From IMG/VR virus record IMGVR_UViG_3300011008_000003: DNA of 64,000 nt. One strand, written 5' to 3'. Every line of letters starts with the position of its first letter. Position 1 is the first letter of the stretch. Below the pieces are notes generated by a model, which did not search any database, was not told the DNA's origin, and saw nothing but the letters and a program-made list of their open reading frames with translations. A program made the position numbers and the translations under genes. Source of the DNA: a virus. Lineage: Duplodnaviria; Heunggongvirae; Uroviricota; Caudoviricetes. Positions 38,258 to 50,124 of this stretch are shown here, in pieces.

Positions 38258-38695
38258 CTAGTGATTGTCGTTGTCGATGATAATCTTTGTTTCTGGACAG
38301 AATACGAACTTGAAAAGTGCTTCAGGATTATCGATGAAGCCAGCAAGCAAGCGACAATTAGAATCGACACTCTGATGGTCGATATAACCGACCATATTTT
38401 CTACCGATTCCGGAATTTCAAGAGTGATTTGCTTGGTAGCGAAATAATCGATAACTGCCTGACGCTTTTCAGGTTCATAATCCATACCTGTGTCCTTGAT
38501 AGCTACGAGCCAGTAGTCAAGCAAAGAATACGGAGTGTCCAAAACATCGTAACCCCATCCATATTCACCTTCACCACGGGCGGCAAGAGTCTGCGGGGCA
38601 GGATTGAGGTTTTCACATGCGCTAGCGCAAGGGAAGCAGATTGTATGTTCAGAAGAACTGTTTGTTTCAAAAACGTTAGGTCTAATTGTCTTCAT
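38258..38695 (-). CDS. Conserved phage protein with IR..VFETNSSS.H N-terminus
   Basis: MKTIRPNVFETNSSSEH and YIDHQS motifs; next to radical SAM gene. Confidence 0.6.
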   Translation of the reverse strand: MKTIRPNVFETNSSSEHTICFPCASACENLNPAPQTLAARGEGEYGWGYDVLDTPYSLLDYWLVAIKDTGMDYEPEKRQAVIDYFATKQITLEIPESVENMVGYIDHQSVDSNCRLLAGFIDNPEALFKFVFCPETKIIIDNDNH

Positions 38696-38745
38696 GATTA
38701 TTTCCTTTTTGTGAAATATAGTAAATCGGGATGTACTTGTAAACC

Positions 38746-39783
38746 CTACCAACCCTTGATAGATAACTTAAACAAGTCCCTAATATTTTCTGTTCCGTCG
38801 AAGCTATGCCTCATATCGAGCGGAGCCGTACTCATTCGGCAAACCTTCATAGTTGGAACGTCGATAAACATAGTACAGCATGTAATATTGTACATATCAT
38901 CCTTAACCTTCGTATCAGAGCCTTGATACAGAGTATTCCATGTACTATCGTTTACGCCCATAAGAGATTGAGGCTTGACCTGTTCAATTCCTAAATCGTC
39001 AAATGAAATAGTATTGAATTCAAATGCAAGAATAGGCAAAGACTTCTTGAGCCATTCGATATTCTTGTTTATCGACATAAATTCTTTCTGTAGATGGTCA
39101 TGACCGCGACGAAGATTCTTATATCCAAGGACGATAATCTTCCTATTACGGACAAACGGAATATCGGCTTCGTTGAACAGTCCGGCAATCACATGAATAA
39201 TTACATTCGAACCGAGCATATCGATAATTTTCATATCGTCCGTATTCGAAGAATCTGTCATGGAAACGCCGATACCGTTGACTAGTTTTTCATTTACCAG
39301 TTTCAGTAACAAATCCTTATTCCTGGCAAGATGTTTCTGGTTTACGGTAATATTGGAAATAACGCCCTGCTTTTTCAGAAGTTCAAGGAACCAAACCAAA
39401 TCAGGATGTTCAAAGATATTCCCGCCGCCGATTGCGACTTCAGTACCAGGCTGCAAAGTCTTAATCATCGGTTCAATCTGTCGAAGATTTCCATTCACGC
39501 CTTTTACGGTAGAATTCTCGTGGCAATAGATACAGCCACCGTCACAGCGGTCGGTAATCTTTATGTCGAAATTCTCAGGAAATTCATAAGTCAGATGGTC
39601 TGTTTCTACATCAACCCAACGATTTACACGTTTGCTGTCTGGACCTATTTCATTGATATAATATCCGGTTTCCTTAACTTTCGTACCGTCCGCATAAAGG
39701 ATCGTACGGTGATTGCCATTTACATAACTTCCGACAATTTCTTTATTGTCTGTAAAAATTTTTATCGCTTCGTCTTGTTTCAT
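38746..39783 (-). CDS. Radical SAM protein
   Basis: CDGGCIYC (CX3CX2C), EVAIGGG. Confidence 0.85.
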   Translation of the reverse strand: MKQDEAIKIFTDNKEIVGSYVNGNHRTILYADGTKVKETGYYINEIGPDSKRVNRWVDVETDHLTYEFPENFDIKITDRCDGGCIYCHENSTVKGVNGNLRQIEPMIKTLQPGTEVAIGGGNIFEHPDLVWFLELLKKQGVISNITVNQKHLARNKDLLLKLVNEKLVNGIGVSMTDSSNTDDMKIIDMLGSNVIIHVIAGLFNEADIPFVRNRKIIVLGYKNLRRGHDHLQKEFMSINKNIEWLKKSLPILAFEFNTISFDDLGIEQVKPQSLMGVNDSTWNTLYQGSDTKVKDDMYNITCCTMFIDVPTMKVCRMSTAPLDMRHSFDGTENIRDLFKLSIKGW

Positions 39784-39790
39784 CTTCGTT

Positions 39791-41960
39791 TTAAGGTAAT
39801 TTTTCAATACTCATTAGAGTTTTTGTATTTTCAAGCCACATTTTTACTTTTGACGGGACTTCATTAAAAAGAATATCTTTCATATAACATACTACTGCGC
39901 CGTTGATTTTAAGATAAACCTTATCGGCCGCTTCAGTATGTGCATAAAAGAACCATGAGTGTTCATCATAAGAACCTAAATATCGAGTACCGTATACTCG
40001 TATTGCTTGTCTAAAACAGCTACTGTCAACCCATGGTGTAAATATTTCATTAATTACATCAAGATTAATGTAACATATTATCTGTTCTTTTTTGCTACAA
40101 TCATCTATGAACCCGACATAAACATTTTTGTCTACTGTCATTTAAATAATTCCGGATGATTATCTTTCAGCTGTTCATACTGGTTCATATTCTTTACGTA
40201 TATCTTAGAGAAGTTGTTAAGGAACCAGGCACGCTTTTCAAGTTCGTCCTTGATGGAATCATTCTGTTCGATAGAACTGGACGGAATCATGGTAAAGGAC
40301 TTTTCAAAATAATCCGGATGAACCTTCATTACTGTGTCGAGCTTCATGTAAAGCTCGTCATAATGGGTCTTCAATGTATTGATACGGTTGTTAATAGTTT
40401 CAAGGTCTGCGGCACGGCGTGCCATTGCTTCGTTTAAATTATCCATTTGTTTCTCCATCGAGATTGTCAATTACTTTTTCCAAATATTTGTTATGTGCTT
40501 TCGTACATAGGTCAAACGGCGACATTTTCATCAGCTGTTCCTTATAGCGGTGAACCTGCCAAGGAAACTTAAATGCTGGGCTATCCTCTATATAGATAGA
40601 ATTCCTGTCATACAGAATTTCTACCTTGATATAGTATCTAAAGAAATGCCAAAAGCCTTTAACCTCATGTATCTTAATAAAGATAGTAAAGTTTTCAGGA
40701 ATATTGTTGTAAAAATATTTTTGTAAATCAAATGTATCGTCACAGATAGCAGTCTTTGTTTTTCCTTGAATAATCTTAATCATAAGGAAAACAAAAAATG
40801 CAATTAATACTGCTTCGACATCATCGAAAAATCCAGCATCAATCAGGTCTAATACCGTCGAGGTCATTTATGACTCCTTCCATATAAACGTTATATGCTT
40901 GTATCGTAAGTTTCTTAAAATCGATATTCATAATTTTCTTCTTAACTCGCTTGATAGACAGAAAACTATTTAAAGGTTCTTCGAAATTAAATACTGGAGC
41001 ACCGCTATAATAAACATTGATTAAAAAAACGGGCGTAGTTTCATCATCGTTGAGTCTTGTATCGAAACATATTCCAAGCTCTTCAGGAATTTGACGGGCG
41101 GTTTTTAACCGCAGATACCATCTCGTAAGTTCATCCCATAAGACAAGAGTACGTTCCTTAACACGTATACGGGACAAACGAAACAAGGATGAACCTAATA
41201 GATAAAAACTGACACCCAACCCGACTAATGTTATTAAATCTTCTAAAAATCCATCGTACATAGTTTAGCCCTCGATAGAATTGAACGTAGATTCAATATA
41301 ATCGTTATATGCGTCGACACAGAGCTGCTTTATGTCGGAATTTAAAACCTTTTCCTTGAACTTCTTTGCCTTAAATCCGAAAATAAAGCTGATATCCTTT
41401 CCGAACGGATAATATACCCATTTACCGTCACCGTAATCATATGTTACAGTAATATTGATACTGTAGCTCGGTTTTAAAACTTTGGGACGCCAGTCATAGT
41501 CTACGTCAAGCCTGTAGCAGTTAGGTAAAGACCGAAAATGATCCGCAGCCCAGACTCTGAGCTTATTGCAGATACTGTTTACTTCAGCGTCGGTATGTTC
41601 AATATACATAGCAATAAGACCGGTAGAATTGACGATAGCGCTTACAACACACAAAATATCTTTAACTTCCATTATAGATTACTCCTTGTGGTCTTCTGCG
41701 TATTCGTCAGCCGTATTGTAATGCTTCCAGTAAGTGATATGATGTTTACCGGACCATGTACCTTCGCAAATAAGGTTATCCTTGATTTTTCCGAGAATCT
41801 TTTCCTTATTTTCCTTTTCGTCAAGTACGATATGTGCGATGTCCCAGCGGGGGAACAAGAGCCAGTCTCGCCAAGAAAGTTCCTTATGTTCGGATTCTTT
41901 CTTCTTTACCGGTTCGGTCACATCAGACGTGTGTTTAAGTTCTACTTCCGTAATTTTCAT
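39791..41960 (-). other. Six hypothetical genes including three tandem paralogs (40439-41672)
   Basis: Shared C-terminus L..xAYNxYxExxxxxxxG. Confidence 0.55.
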
Positions 41961-42042
41961 ATTATTCCTTGGTTATAGACATAATATAATAAAAACCAGG
42001 CATTTTGTCAATGCCTGGTTCATGGTTTTATTTAATGAAATA

Positions 42043-42483
42043 TTATTCGATTGTGAATATCTTCGGCTTAGCAGTTTCTGCGACCGGGATAGTGATTCGC
42101 AACAGACCGTTTTCGACATGAGGCTTCAAGTTGTCAATATCCAGATTGCTCGGAACTCGGAGGCTGCAATGCTTTGTGGTCTTGATGAGCTTTTCGAAGA
42201 CCTTGCGCTTGTCGGCGGCAGCCTTTTCTTCTTCTGTAAGTTCCTTTTCCTTGACGTCGATAACGAGATAATTTACACCGTCCTTGACTTCCGCGGAGAC
42301 TGTTACATCTTCCTTGGTCTTGCCCGGGATTGCAAGCTCGACAATGTTCGTTCCGTCTTCTTCTTCGTAAAGGTTAATCGGCAAGGAAACCTTGCGAGTA
42401 GCCACTTCTGCATCCTGTACGAAGCCCTGGCGTTGGATGAACGGGTAAAAGAGTGCGTCGATAATATTATACATGTTTTCCAT
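42043..42483 (-). CDS. Hsp20 small heat-shock protein
   Basis: PINLYE, ELAIPG.TKEDV, ENGLLRITIP. Confidence 0.85.
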   Translation of the reverse strand: MENMYNIIDALFYPFIQRQGFVQDAEVATRKVSLPINLYEEEDGTNIVELAIPGKTKEDVTVSAEVKDGVNYLVIDVKEKELTEEEKAAADKRKVFEKLIKTTKHCSLRVPSNLDIDNLKPHVENGLLRITIPVAETAKPKIFTIE

Positions 42484-42668
42484 GATTTTATTCCTTTAGA
42501 GACCTTACGTGTCTCTTTTCGTCGCTATTGAACAATCCTCGGTCCGAATTCGTAACCGATTCTCCGACGGCAGCGACAAATCCGTCAAACCTTGTCCGTA
42601 TTTGCTATATTTATAAACTGGACTGGACAATTTTCGTAAATATAGCAATTTTCACGGAACTGTCAACC

Positions 42669-43250
42669 CTACTTGCTCGGTTCTTGCATTACGGCGCCGG
42701 TATGGACGTTAATATCCCAATACTGCATGGCGTTACGGAACCATTCGACCTGTTCCAGGGAAATCGGCGCGTAACGGTGATAATCGATACCCAAATCGAA
42801 ACCGTTAGTCTTAGCGAAAGCACGACCATGGATATGACCGAACAAAGTGATATACTTACCGGCTCCGAACTTCTTGTCAGCGTCCTTGACATACGGCGTA
42901 ATCGGCTCATGGACACAGAGATAGTTCAGCTTGTTTTCAGTGAACGTGTAGAAATCTACAAATTCGACATTTTCCAAGCCCTTGGCAAGTTTCTTGTACT
43001 TGTCGTAATCCCTACGTTCATAATTACCGCATACCCAGATGAGTTTCTTGAAATTCAAGTTATTGATAATATCCTTGCACTTCTCGAGCTCACCGAAGTC
43101 ACCGCAATGAACGACAGTATCTTGCATCGTGACGTTCTTGTTCCAGTTAGAAATCATTTCCAAATCCATCTCGTCGACATTAACGAACGGGCGACGGGAA
43201 TAATTCAGAGTACGTTCCTGACTGAAATGGGTATCGGAAGTGAAATACAT
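42669..43250 (-). CDS. Calcineurin-like metallophosphoesterase
   Basis: SDTHF, GDFG, GNYE, HEP, GHIH. Confidence 0.85.
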   Translation of the reverse strand: MYFTSDTHFSQERTLNYSRRPFVNVDEMDLEMISNWNKNVTMQDTVVHCGDFGELEKCKDIINNLNFKKLIWVCGNYERRDYDKYKKLAKGLENVEFVDFYTFTENKLNYLCVHEPITPYVKDADKKFGAGKYITLFGHIHGRAFAKTNGFDLGIDYHRYAPISLEQVEWFRNAMQYWDINVHTGAVMQEPSK

Positions 43251-43373
43251 CGTACCCTTACGGTTGAGGGCGTCGACTGCATTCTTTAAAGTCTTATAAA
43301 GGGTAGATTCGTATTTCTTATCGTTTTCCTTAAGACGGACAGCGATGTATTCGTTATGTTCTGCGTCCTTAGG

Positions 43374-43811
43374 TCATCCGAAGAAAGTATTTGGTTTCTT
43401 GAACCATTCGCCGAATTCGATATTTGTAGTACGTGCCGGATGTTCCTTGCTTCTCGGAATCCAGAAAACGATGGCGCTCGCCGTAGACATTGCTGTATGT
43501 TCCCACCATGTCTGTTGGGCTAAAGCGTCCGTGCCGACGATTTTTTGATAGTTGGCATTTGTAGGAGTAAGGACAGTGCCTTTGAAACCTATCTTTTCCA
43601 ATAAGTCATAAGCTTCAAATCTCCAGTCCTCTTCATAGTTCTTTCTTGGACATGGACCGGCTAGGAAGATAGAATTCTTGCAGTTCTTTATTTCATTGAA
43701 CTTTCCTTTTGTATTACACGGTGTCAGAATCTTGAAACCGTAGTCTGTTTTCTTTTCATTGAGTACGAAACTTGGTACTCTCTTGTCTAAGTATGCTTTT
43801 ATTTTTTCCAT
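43374..43811 (-). CDS. Nucleoside 2-deoxyribosyltransferase-like domain, in frame with the phosphoesterase across a TGA
   Basis: IFLAGP, WR, WE, IVFW, TTNIEFG. Confidence 0.65.
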   Translation of the reverse strand: MEKIKAYLDKRVPSFVLNEKKTDYGFKILTPCNTKGKFNEIKNCKNSIFLAGPCPRKNYEEDWRFEAYDLLEKIGFKGTVLTPTNANYQKIVGTDALAQQTWWEHTAMSTASAIVFWIPRSKEHPARTTNIEFGEWFKKPNTFFG

Positions 43812-43849
43812 ATGTTTATCTCTTTAATAAAAAGTCATAGTATTTATTA

Positions 43850-44195
43850 TTCTCATCTTTTGGACAATGCGAGCGGACAGGTTAAGCCTAGTAGGTAATA
43901 CTAGACTTTCTTATTCACACTTTTGGCATAAAGCTTCGCGTGTCAGTCAGAAGGACTTATAGGTATGCTTACGGGTCGGTCATCCTGTACTCCGGCTATA
44001 TCATACCAGGCCATGGCGGCTAAGTGTACGGTTTGCTAGACCGTACTTCGATAATCGGTTCGTCACCCGATACGAAACCTTACATACCGAGTCAGTGATA
44101 TACCTCGATTCTGGGTATATGACGGCTCACCCTCTACCGATAGTTCCATTGGGTTGGTCTTCGTTCCGAGGAATAAGTCTTTACGATGTCGAATC
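43850..44195 (-). ncRNA. Structured leader or ncRNA candidate of about 340 nt
   Basis: GC-richer, ORF-free, multi-hairpin stretch between promoter and gene. Confidence 0.45.
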
Positions 44196-44248
44196 AAATA
44201 TAGTAAAAAATAAAACGCTAATGAAAATTAGCGTTTTTATCTGGATTT

Positions 44249-44971
44249 TTATTTGTACCAGTCGTCAGACGGAGGCTCTTCTCCGATTGACCATCCTAGC
44301 ACGTCTTCCCATTCCTCATAAGAATCAGGGACGAAATAGATTGCCTCATCGCCGACGTCTTCCTTGAGTTTATCAAGAACCTTTTTGTATGCGGCTCTAG
44401 GACCATAGCTACGGGCATAGTCAAAATCATATCCTTTAAACATTTTTTTCAGATATACGAAGTCATAATCTTCTGTTACCGGCTCGATATTTTCAAGAAT
44501 CTTTTTCGCTGATTCGAAATCCATCTTACATTTTGTTCTTTCTTCGAGTTCGGTACCTTCCTTTTTCGCTATCATACGGTCGAGAATATCGGAAAGCTGT
44601 TCGAAAACTTCAGACCAGTCTTTGAAATACGGAATGGTATTTACTACGGCGTCTTTATGGTTTAAACGCTTTTGCCAAACGGATCCTCCCAAAGGCAGGA
44701 AAATATTATCGTCTATGATGATAGTTTTTAAATCTATTTTAGAGACATCGCCCGCTCTTTTGTCATTATATACAGGCATAATATCAATTCGCCACCAATT
44801 AATACCGTCTTTCGTTTTCGTAGGTATAACCAAGTCGTAATATTTTTCCGAACCTGATGCTATAGTAGTACCGAAATATGTATAATTCCTAATTAACTGA
44901 ACGTTATCTGCCGCTTTTCTTGCAGATAAATATTCATCATCTAGCCAACGCAGTGGATTAAAATTTTCCAT
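44249..44971 (-). CDS. Hypothetical late protein
   Basis: TATAAATA plus GAGG upstream. Confidence 0.6.
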   Translation of the reverse strand: MENFNPLRWLDDEYLSARKAADNVQLIRNYTYFGTTIASGSEKYYDLVIPTKTKDGINWWRIDIMPVYNDKRAGDVSKIDLKTIIIDDNIFLPLGGSVWQKRLNHKDAVVNTIPYFKDWSEVFEQLSDILDRMIAKKEGTELEERTKCKMDFESAKKILENIEPVTEDYDFVYLKKMFKGYDFDYARSYGPRAAYKKVLDKLKEDVGDEAIYFVPDSYEEWEDVLGWSIGEEPPSDDWYK

Positions 44972-45046
44972 AGTTTCCTCTTTTTTATTATTTATAAGAA
45001 AACCCGGCTTTTACACCGGGTTTAAGATACTATGAATCAGAAAATC

Positions 45047-46027
45047 CTACGGAACGTAAAGAATTGTCGGATTGTCCGGATGGATGTCGAAACATTTCAT
45101 CCAGAATTCGTTTTCCAAGCAATACTTTCTCCATTCCTTTTCGAGAGCGTCGAAACAGACGATATTGGCATGAACGATATTCTTGTTCTTGTCAATCTTG
45201 TCCACCTTGACGTTTTCTGCAAATTTCTTACAGATTTCGGCGAAATCCTTAGTCTTTTTAAGATACTTGCCAGTCATGCTGAAATGAAGCATTTCCGGTT
45301 CGAACTTAACCTGAGGAAGCGGTGCCGTAATCAGGTTCTTCTTCGTATATTCTTCCCAAAGCGATTTAAAAACAGCCTTGTTGAACGGCTTGCAATGGAT
45401 ATGCTTACCGGACTTGGAAGGAAGAGTAAAGAATGAACGAGCAAGATAAGCCTCTTTAGCATCTTTGTCAGAAAGAGTCAGAATCGGTGCAGGATTCTTC
45501 CAGTTCTTGAGATTCGACTTATGAGGTTCACACTGTAAAACCATGTCGATAATATCATTCTCAAAAGGAAGATATTCAGCATCGAGGTCTAAAAGCCATA
45601 CCTTTTTCTTGCGTGCCTGGCATACACCGCCGTTCGCAGAGGCGACGAGGTGATACGGCGAGCTGTAGGTACCTCCAGACTCCACCTGGGTCGCAATATC
45701 CTTTAACATGCGTAAAGATATGTTCTTGTAATTACGCTTGTTAAGACGCACGTATGCGCGAACATTGAAGACGTCGCAAAGCGTGGTGATTTCATGCTTA
45801 AGTTCTCTAAGCTTATCCGATGAATGAATAAGATAGTCCTTGAGAGAACGGCTGTGCATGTTGCCGTGATATGCCGGATCCGGAACACCGTCGGTCATAG
45901 GGTCGTCAGACTGGCGGCGAAGTAACTGGATATACCAAACGTCGCCGTCGTTACGAGTTCCGTCAAGATTATCGTCAAGTCGTTGTTTATCGAGCCATTC
46001 ACAGATTAAATCAAAATTGTCTACCAT
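45047..46027 (-). CDS. Protein with AEP/primase-like motifs
   Basis: WLLDLD and SKSGKHIH resemble AEP motifs I and II. Confidence 0.4.
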   Translation of the reverse strand: MVDNFDLICEWLDKQRLDDNLDGTRNDGDVWYIQLLRRQSDDPMTDGVPDPAYHGNMHSRSLKDYLIHSSDKLRELKHEITTLCDVFNVRAYVRLNKRNYKNISLRMLKDIATQVESGGTYSSPYHLVASANGGVCQARKKKVWLLDLDAEYLPFENDIIDMVLQCEPHKSNLKNWKNPAPILTLSDKDAKEAYLARSFFTLPSKSGKHIHCKPFNKAVFKSLWEEYTKKNLITAPLPQVKFEPEMLHFSMTGKYLKKTKDFAEICKKFAENVKVDKIDKNKNIVHANIVCFDALEKEWRKYCLENEFWMKCFDIHPDNPTILYVP

Positions 46028-46812
46028 TTTTACTCCTTAATCAAAATCATGTTTATTGAATATGGCAGTAGATAAAAATATAGATGGAATAAAAATATGT
46101 GCCAAAATTATAATAATACCTAGAGCGGCATCACTGAAAGAATTTCTGTCCAATGTATCTAAAAACGGAATTGTCACGTAATTCAAAATTACAAATGATA
46201 TTACAAAGAGAAGAATTGCAACAATTTTAATAAGCGATTTCATTATTTAATCCTCCATAAAGTGTCTGGTGCCATGATTTTATCGATACCTTCTTGAAGT
46301 TTCAGTTCAGTCTTTTTAAGTCGGCATGCTTCGTCATGGAACGCATTATAAATTTCTTTCAGTTCACTTTTAATTAATCGGTCAAGTTTTTCCCAGATTT
46401 TGTCATATTGCTTTGCTGTCGTATGGTATAGGTCAATATGAGCTTTGTTTCCGGTTTTCGTATAATAGTTAAATGCATAAAAACCGCTACAGATATAATC
46501 GAAACTACCAAAGCAGATACGACGGTCAATATCGGTATAATATCTGTCAGATATAAAATTTTCCATATCGACATCACGTAAGACGAGATTATCGTTTTTC
46601 GTCAAGAAAAGCATTGGATAATCAGATTCAATAAAATCTTTGAATTCTTTTCGACTGATAGCCTGAGCTTTGGCTGGAATGTCGTAATTCATGGTTTACT
46701 CCTTAATTTTTTACTAATATAGCAAATCATAATTGTCTTGTAAACCCGTTTGTATAATAAAAAACGGGAACCGTTGCCGGCTCCCGTTTCCACTCAACCT
46801 AAGGAAACAAAC

Positions 46813-47478
46813 TTAGTGGTTGCTGAGGTATTCGTTAATGACATCCTGGAATTCGGTATCGATAACGGCGGTGCTGACAGCTGCTGCCGGCTTAGAACGA
46901 CCAACGAGTTCTGCAACTTCACGCTTGGATTCCATACGGAACTGAGTCGTCTGGACTTCCTTTTCGATTTCAGCGATCATTTCGTTGCAATCAACGCCGA
47001 AGTCGCCGATAACGTTGCGGTCGCACATCTTGAGAGTATTAATCTGAACGTTGAGAGCAGTAAGCTTGGCTTCGATGAGAGCCTTGTTCGTATCGATGTT
47101 CTTGAGAGTGTCGCGAACCTTAATGCATTGCTGTTCGGTGTTCTTCCAAGCAGTTTCAATGGTGTCACGAGCAGTCTTCATGCCCTTGTACGTGATGTAC
47201 TTGATCTTTGCTTCGTCGAGCTTAGCAGAATCGGTCTTGCTAGCTTCGATGAGAGATTCATAAGAACGCTTGTTAGCAACGGTCTGAGCGTCAAGTTCTT
47301 CGAACTTAGCCTTAAGTTCCTTTGCATTCGTGAGCATGTCTTCTGCAGACTTGATGTAACGTTCTGCATTCTTGTTGTACTGGTAACGGATTTCTTCAAT
47401 CTTATCCTTCGTAGAGATAAGAGAGTTGAGGCCGCGCTGAGACTTGTGGAAGAGAACGGAGAAGAAGTTGAACTTCAT
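46813..47478 (-). CDS. PspA/IM30-like coiled-coil protein
   Basis: About 220 aa all-helical heptad pattern. Confidence 0.45.
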   Translation of the reverse strand: MKFNFFSVLFHKSQRGLNSLISTKDKIEEIRYQYNKNAERYIKSAEDMLTNAKELKAKFEELDAQTVANKRSYESLIEASKTDSAKLDEAKIKYITYKGMKTARDTIETAWKNTEQQCIKVRDTLKNIDTNKALIEAKLTALNVQINTLKMCDRNVIGDFGVDCNEMIAEIEKEVQTTQFRMESKREVAELVGRSKPAAAVSTAVIDTEFQDVINEYLSNH

Positions 47479-48362
47479 AATGATTTTTCCTTTTGTTAAA
47501 AGAGTGAGGTTTGTTTTGTTTATGCCTATAATATAGTAATAAGTATAAGACTTGTAAACCCCTTTTTATAAAAAATTTTTTTATTCACCAAGAAGAATGA
47601 TTCCGCCTTCTTTATTCTGAAAACTTACGACTGTTCCGCCGCGATGGTTCAGAATAGAGAAGCTTGTGATACCTTCAGCCTTCAAAAGTTCGGAAATGAC
47701 CGCATTATACTTCATCGGCTGTTCTTGTTCAGATTCCATCTTGATAAGAGTGGAAATAAGAGAATTGAGTTTCTTTTCATCCATAATGTACTCCTTTTAT
47801 TAATATCTACCTTTAGTAAGCTTTAACTGTGATAAATTGATACTTTCTCGTAATTCTTTTAAGTCTTTAGTTTTAGCTGAAAGAATTTCCAAATCTTCAA
47901 GCATTTTATCTTTAATATATGCCTGTAGATTCTTATGAGTGACATACGTTTCTCGCCAGTCTTTAAAAGGCTTCGTATCTACACCAGGGTCGATACAGTC
48001 ATACATATATCCGACTTGACGGGTAACAGTATATTGGTTATAATTTTCGTAGTTTTCTTCAAAAATCATTAACGGATTCTTATAGTCAAAATGCTTTCCG
48101 CATTCACGAGGTGCTTGAACCGTCGGATCCATGATAGCAATACCTTGACCGTAAATACGTTCGTCACATCTATGTATTTGTGTATCATAATCCAAGCCTA
48201 AATCAAGATATTCTTTCCAGGATTCGCTTACTTCATCTTCATAATAAGGTTCATCAGGTTCAGATATTTTAATATATACCTGAAACCTGGTACCTTTCAG
48301 AGCTTCTTTAACGTTCTTAGCCGTTGTAAGAATAAGTTCGTTTTCTTTCAGATAGGACATAA

Positions 48363-49109
48363 TTACTCAATATGTTCAGCTGTAAGGAAATTAGCGTAAT
48401 GAGGGTCAAAATACGGAATACGAATGATGTCAGTCTTGAACTTGTTGCTACGATACATTTTCATAATCATATCGTAATGTGGACCATGAACACCCTTACG
48501 GATGAGTTCATTGACTTCATGATAAGTAAATCCGAGCTTATCTTCATCGCTAAGCGGCTGAAGTCCATCAATCGGAGTCTTGTGAACCAGTTCATGCGGA
48601 AGACCAAGGTCGTCACCGATTTCCATGACTTCTTCAGTAGTTAAATGACTAAGCGGAGCAAGCGAACCAGCAGAGTCACCGTAAAGTGTTGCATAACCTA
48701 CAGCATCTTCCGACAAGTTGCAAGTATTCATAACGATAGCGTTGATAGTCTGACCGTAAGCATAGAGAGTGCTCATACGGAGACGAGCCGGAAGATTAGT
48801 ACGAGCAGCGTCCGACTGATAGAAACCAGGAATAGCTGCACCGATTTCACGGAATGCTTCGCTAATATTAACAATATCATGGTCGATTCCGAGATGGTCG
48901 ACAACCTTGTAGGAGTCAGATATGTCCTTCTGGTCACCGTTCGGCATCAAAAGACCGAATACATTTTCTTTACCAAGAGCAGCTACACATATGGCTGCGA
49001 CTACGGTACTGTCCTTACCGCCCGAAATACCGACAATAACTTTCTTGCCGTTGATTTCCGCGGTCTTTTCTTTAACCCAATTAATAACGTTTGCTGTAAG
49101 TTGATTCAT
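48363..49109 (-). CDS. nadE: NH3-dependent NAD+ synthetase
   Basis: VGISGGKDS, N..ARLRM, N.SE..VGY.T.YGD, P.DGL, DE..LG. Confidence 0.9.
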   Translation of the reverse strand: MNQLTANVINWVKEKTAEINGKKVIVGISGGKDSTVVAAICVAALGKENVFGLLMPNGDQKDISDSYKVVDHLGIDHDIVNISEAFREIGAAIPGFYQSDAARTNLPARLRMSTLYAYGQTINAIVMNTCNLSEDAVGYATLYGDSAGSLAPLSHLTTEEVMEIGDDLGLPHELVHKTPIDGLQPLSDEDKLGFTYHEVNELIRKGVHGPHYDMIMKMYRSNKFKTDIIRIPYFDPHYANFLTAEHIE

Positions 49110-50124
49110 TATTTTACCTTTAATTAAACTTTGTATTAACAAAGATAGAAAGCGTATTACAATCCAATTGTAAACTTATTTTTTACGTTCTTCTGGTTTT
49201 TTCACTTCGAAATAACGCATATCGATAAGACGCTTGCGTAAGTCATTGAGGGTATCACGTTCCTTAACTACAACACCGCCGACCAATGTGATACCGAGGA
49301 GGGTCAGAATAGTTTTGATTACTTTATTCATTTTATTGTCCTTTAATAAATCTGGGCACAAATATAGAAATTTTTTCGATTTTGTAAACTAATATGATAA
49401 TAACTGTCGAAATTCATTCGTGAGAAAACTGAACTTATATTGCAGTTCCTTCATCGCCTTCGCCCAGTCCTTGAAAGTATCATGTCTCTTGATATGAATA
49501 GCATATCCAGGCAATTGGTCAAAACCGGCCTTGCATTCGCTGAATTGCCAGTATTTTGAATTTATAAACATCTGCTTGATAACTGGCTTCTGTTCGAAAA
49601 CGATATAAGCAGAAGAATATGACGGGCTTTCACAGCCGTCGACAAAGACTTCATCGATTGCATGGCCAACACAGCAGAAATAGGTTTTAATTCCGTGAGA
49701 ATTACAACGCATAACGACATCGGCGATATGTTCGTCGACTACTACGAAATCTTTGAATTCTTCTTCATGAATAATGAAATTACCAATACTGGTATACATG
49801 TATTCTTGGGTCTTAAAATTTACTAACGGACCTGGAAGATTTGTCCATTTAAGCTCAGTAGCTGTCATTTGAGTAATTCCGTAAATTTATCAGCCAGAAT
49901 TTTGGCTTTAGATCGCGTTTCTACTTTCTTTTCACCAGATTTTTTCAAACCCGAAAGATAAGGATCGTTATTGACATATTCCCTAATCGAATTGCAGATA
50001 GCTTCGACTTCAATACCGATAAGCCTGGTACGTTCACCAAGTTCTTTGATTTCGTCGTGTTCTGCGTCTAATTCGCGTTCAAGGCTATATGCTTTGCAAA
50101 AATCAGAAAAATGTTTATCTTTTA

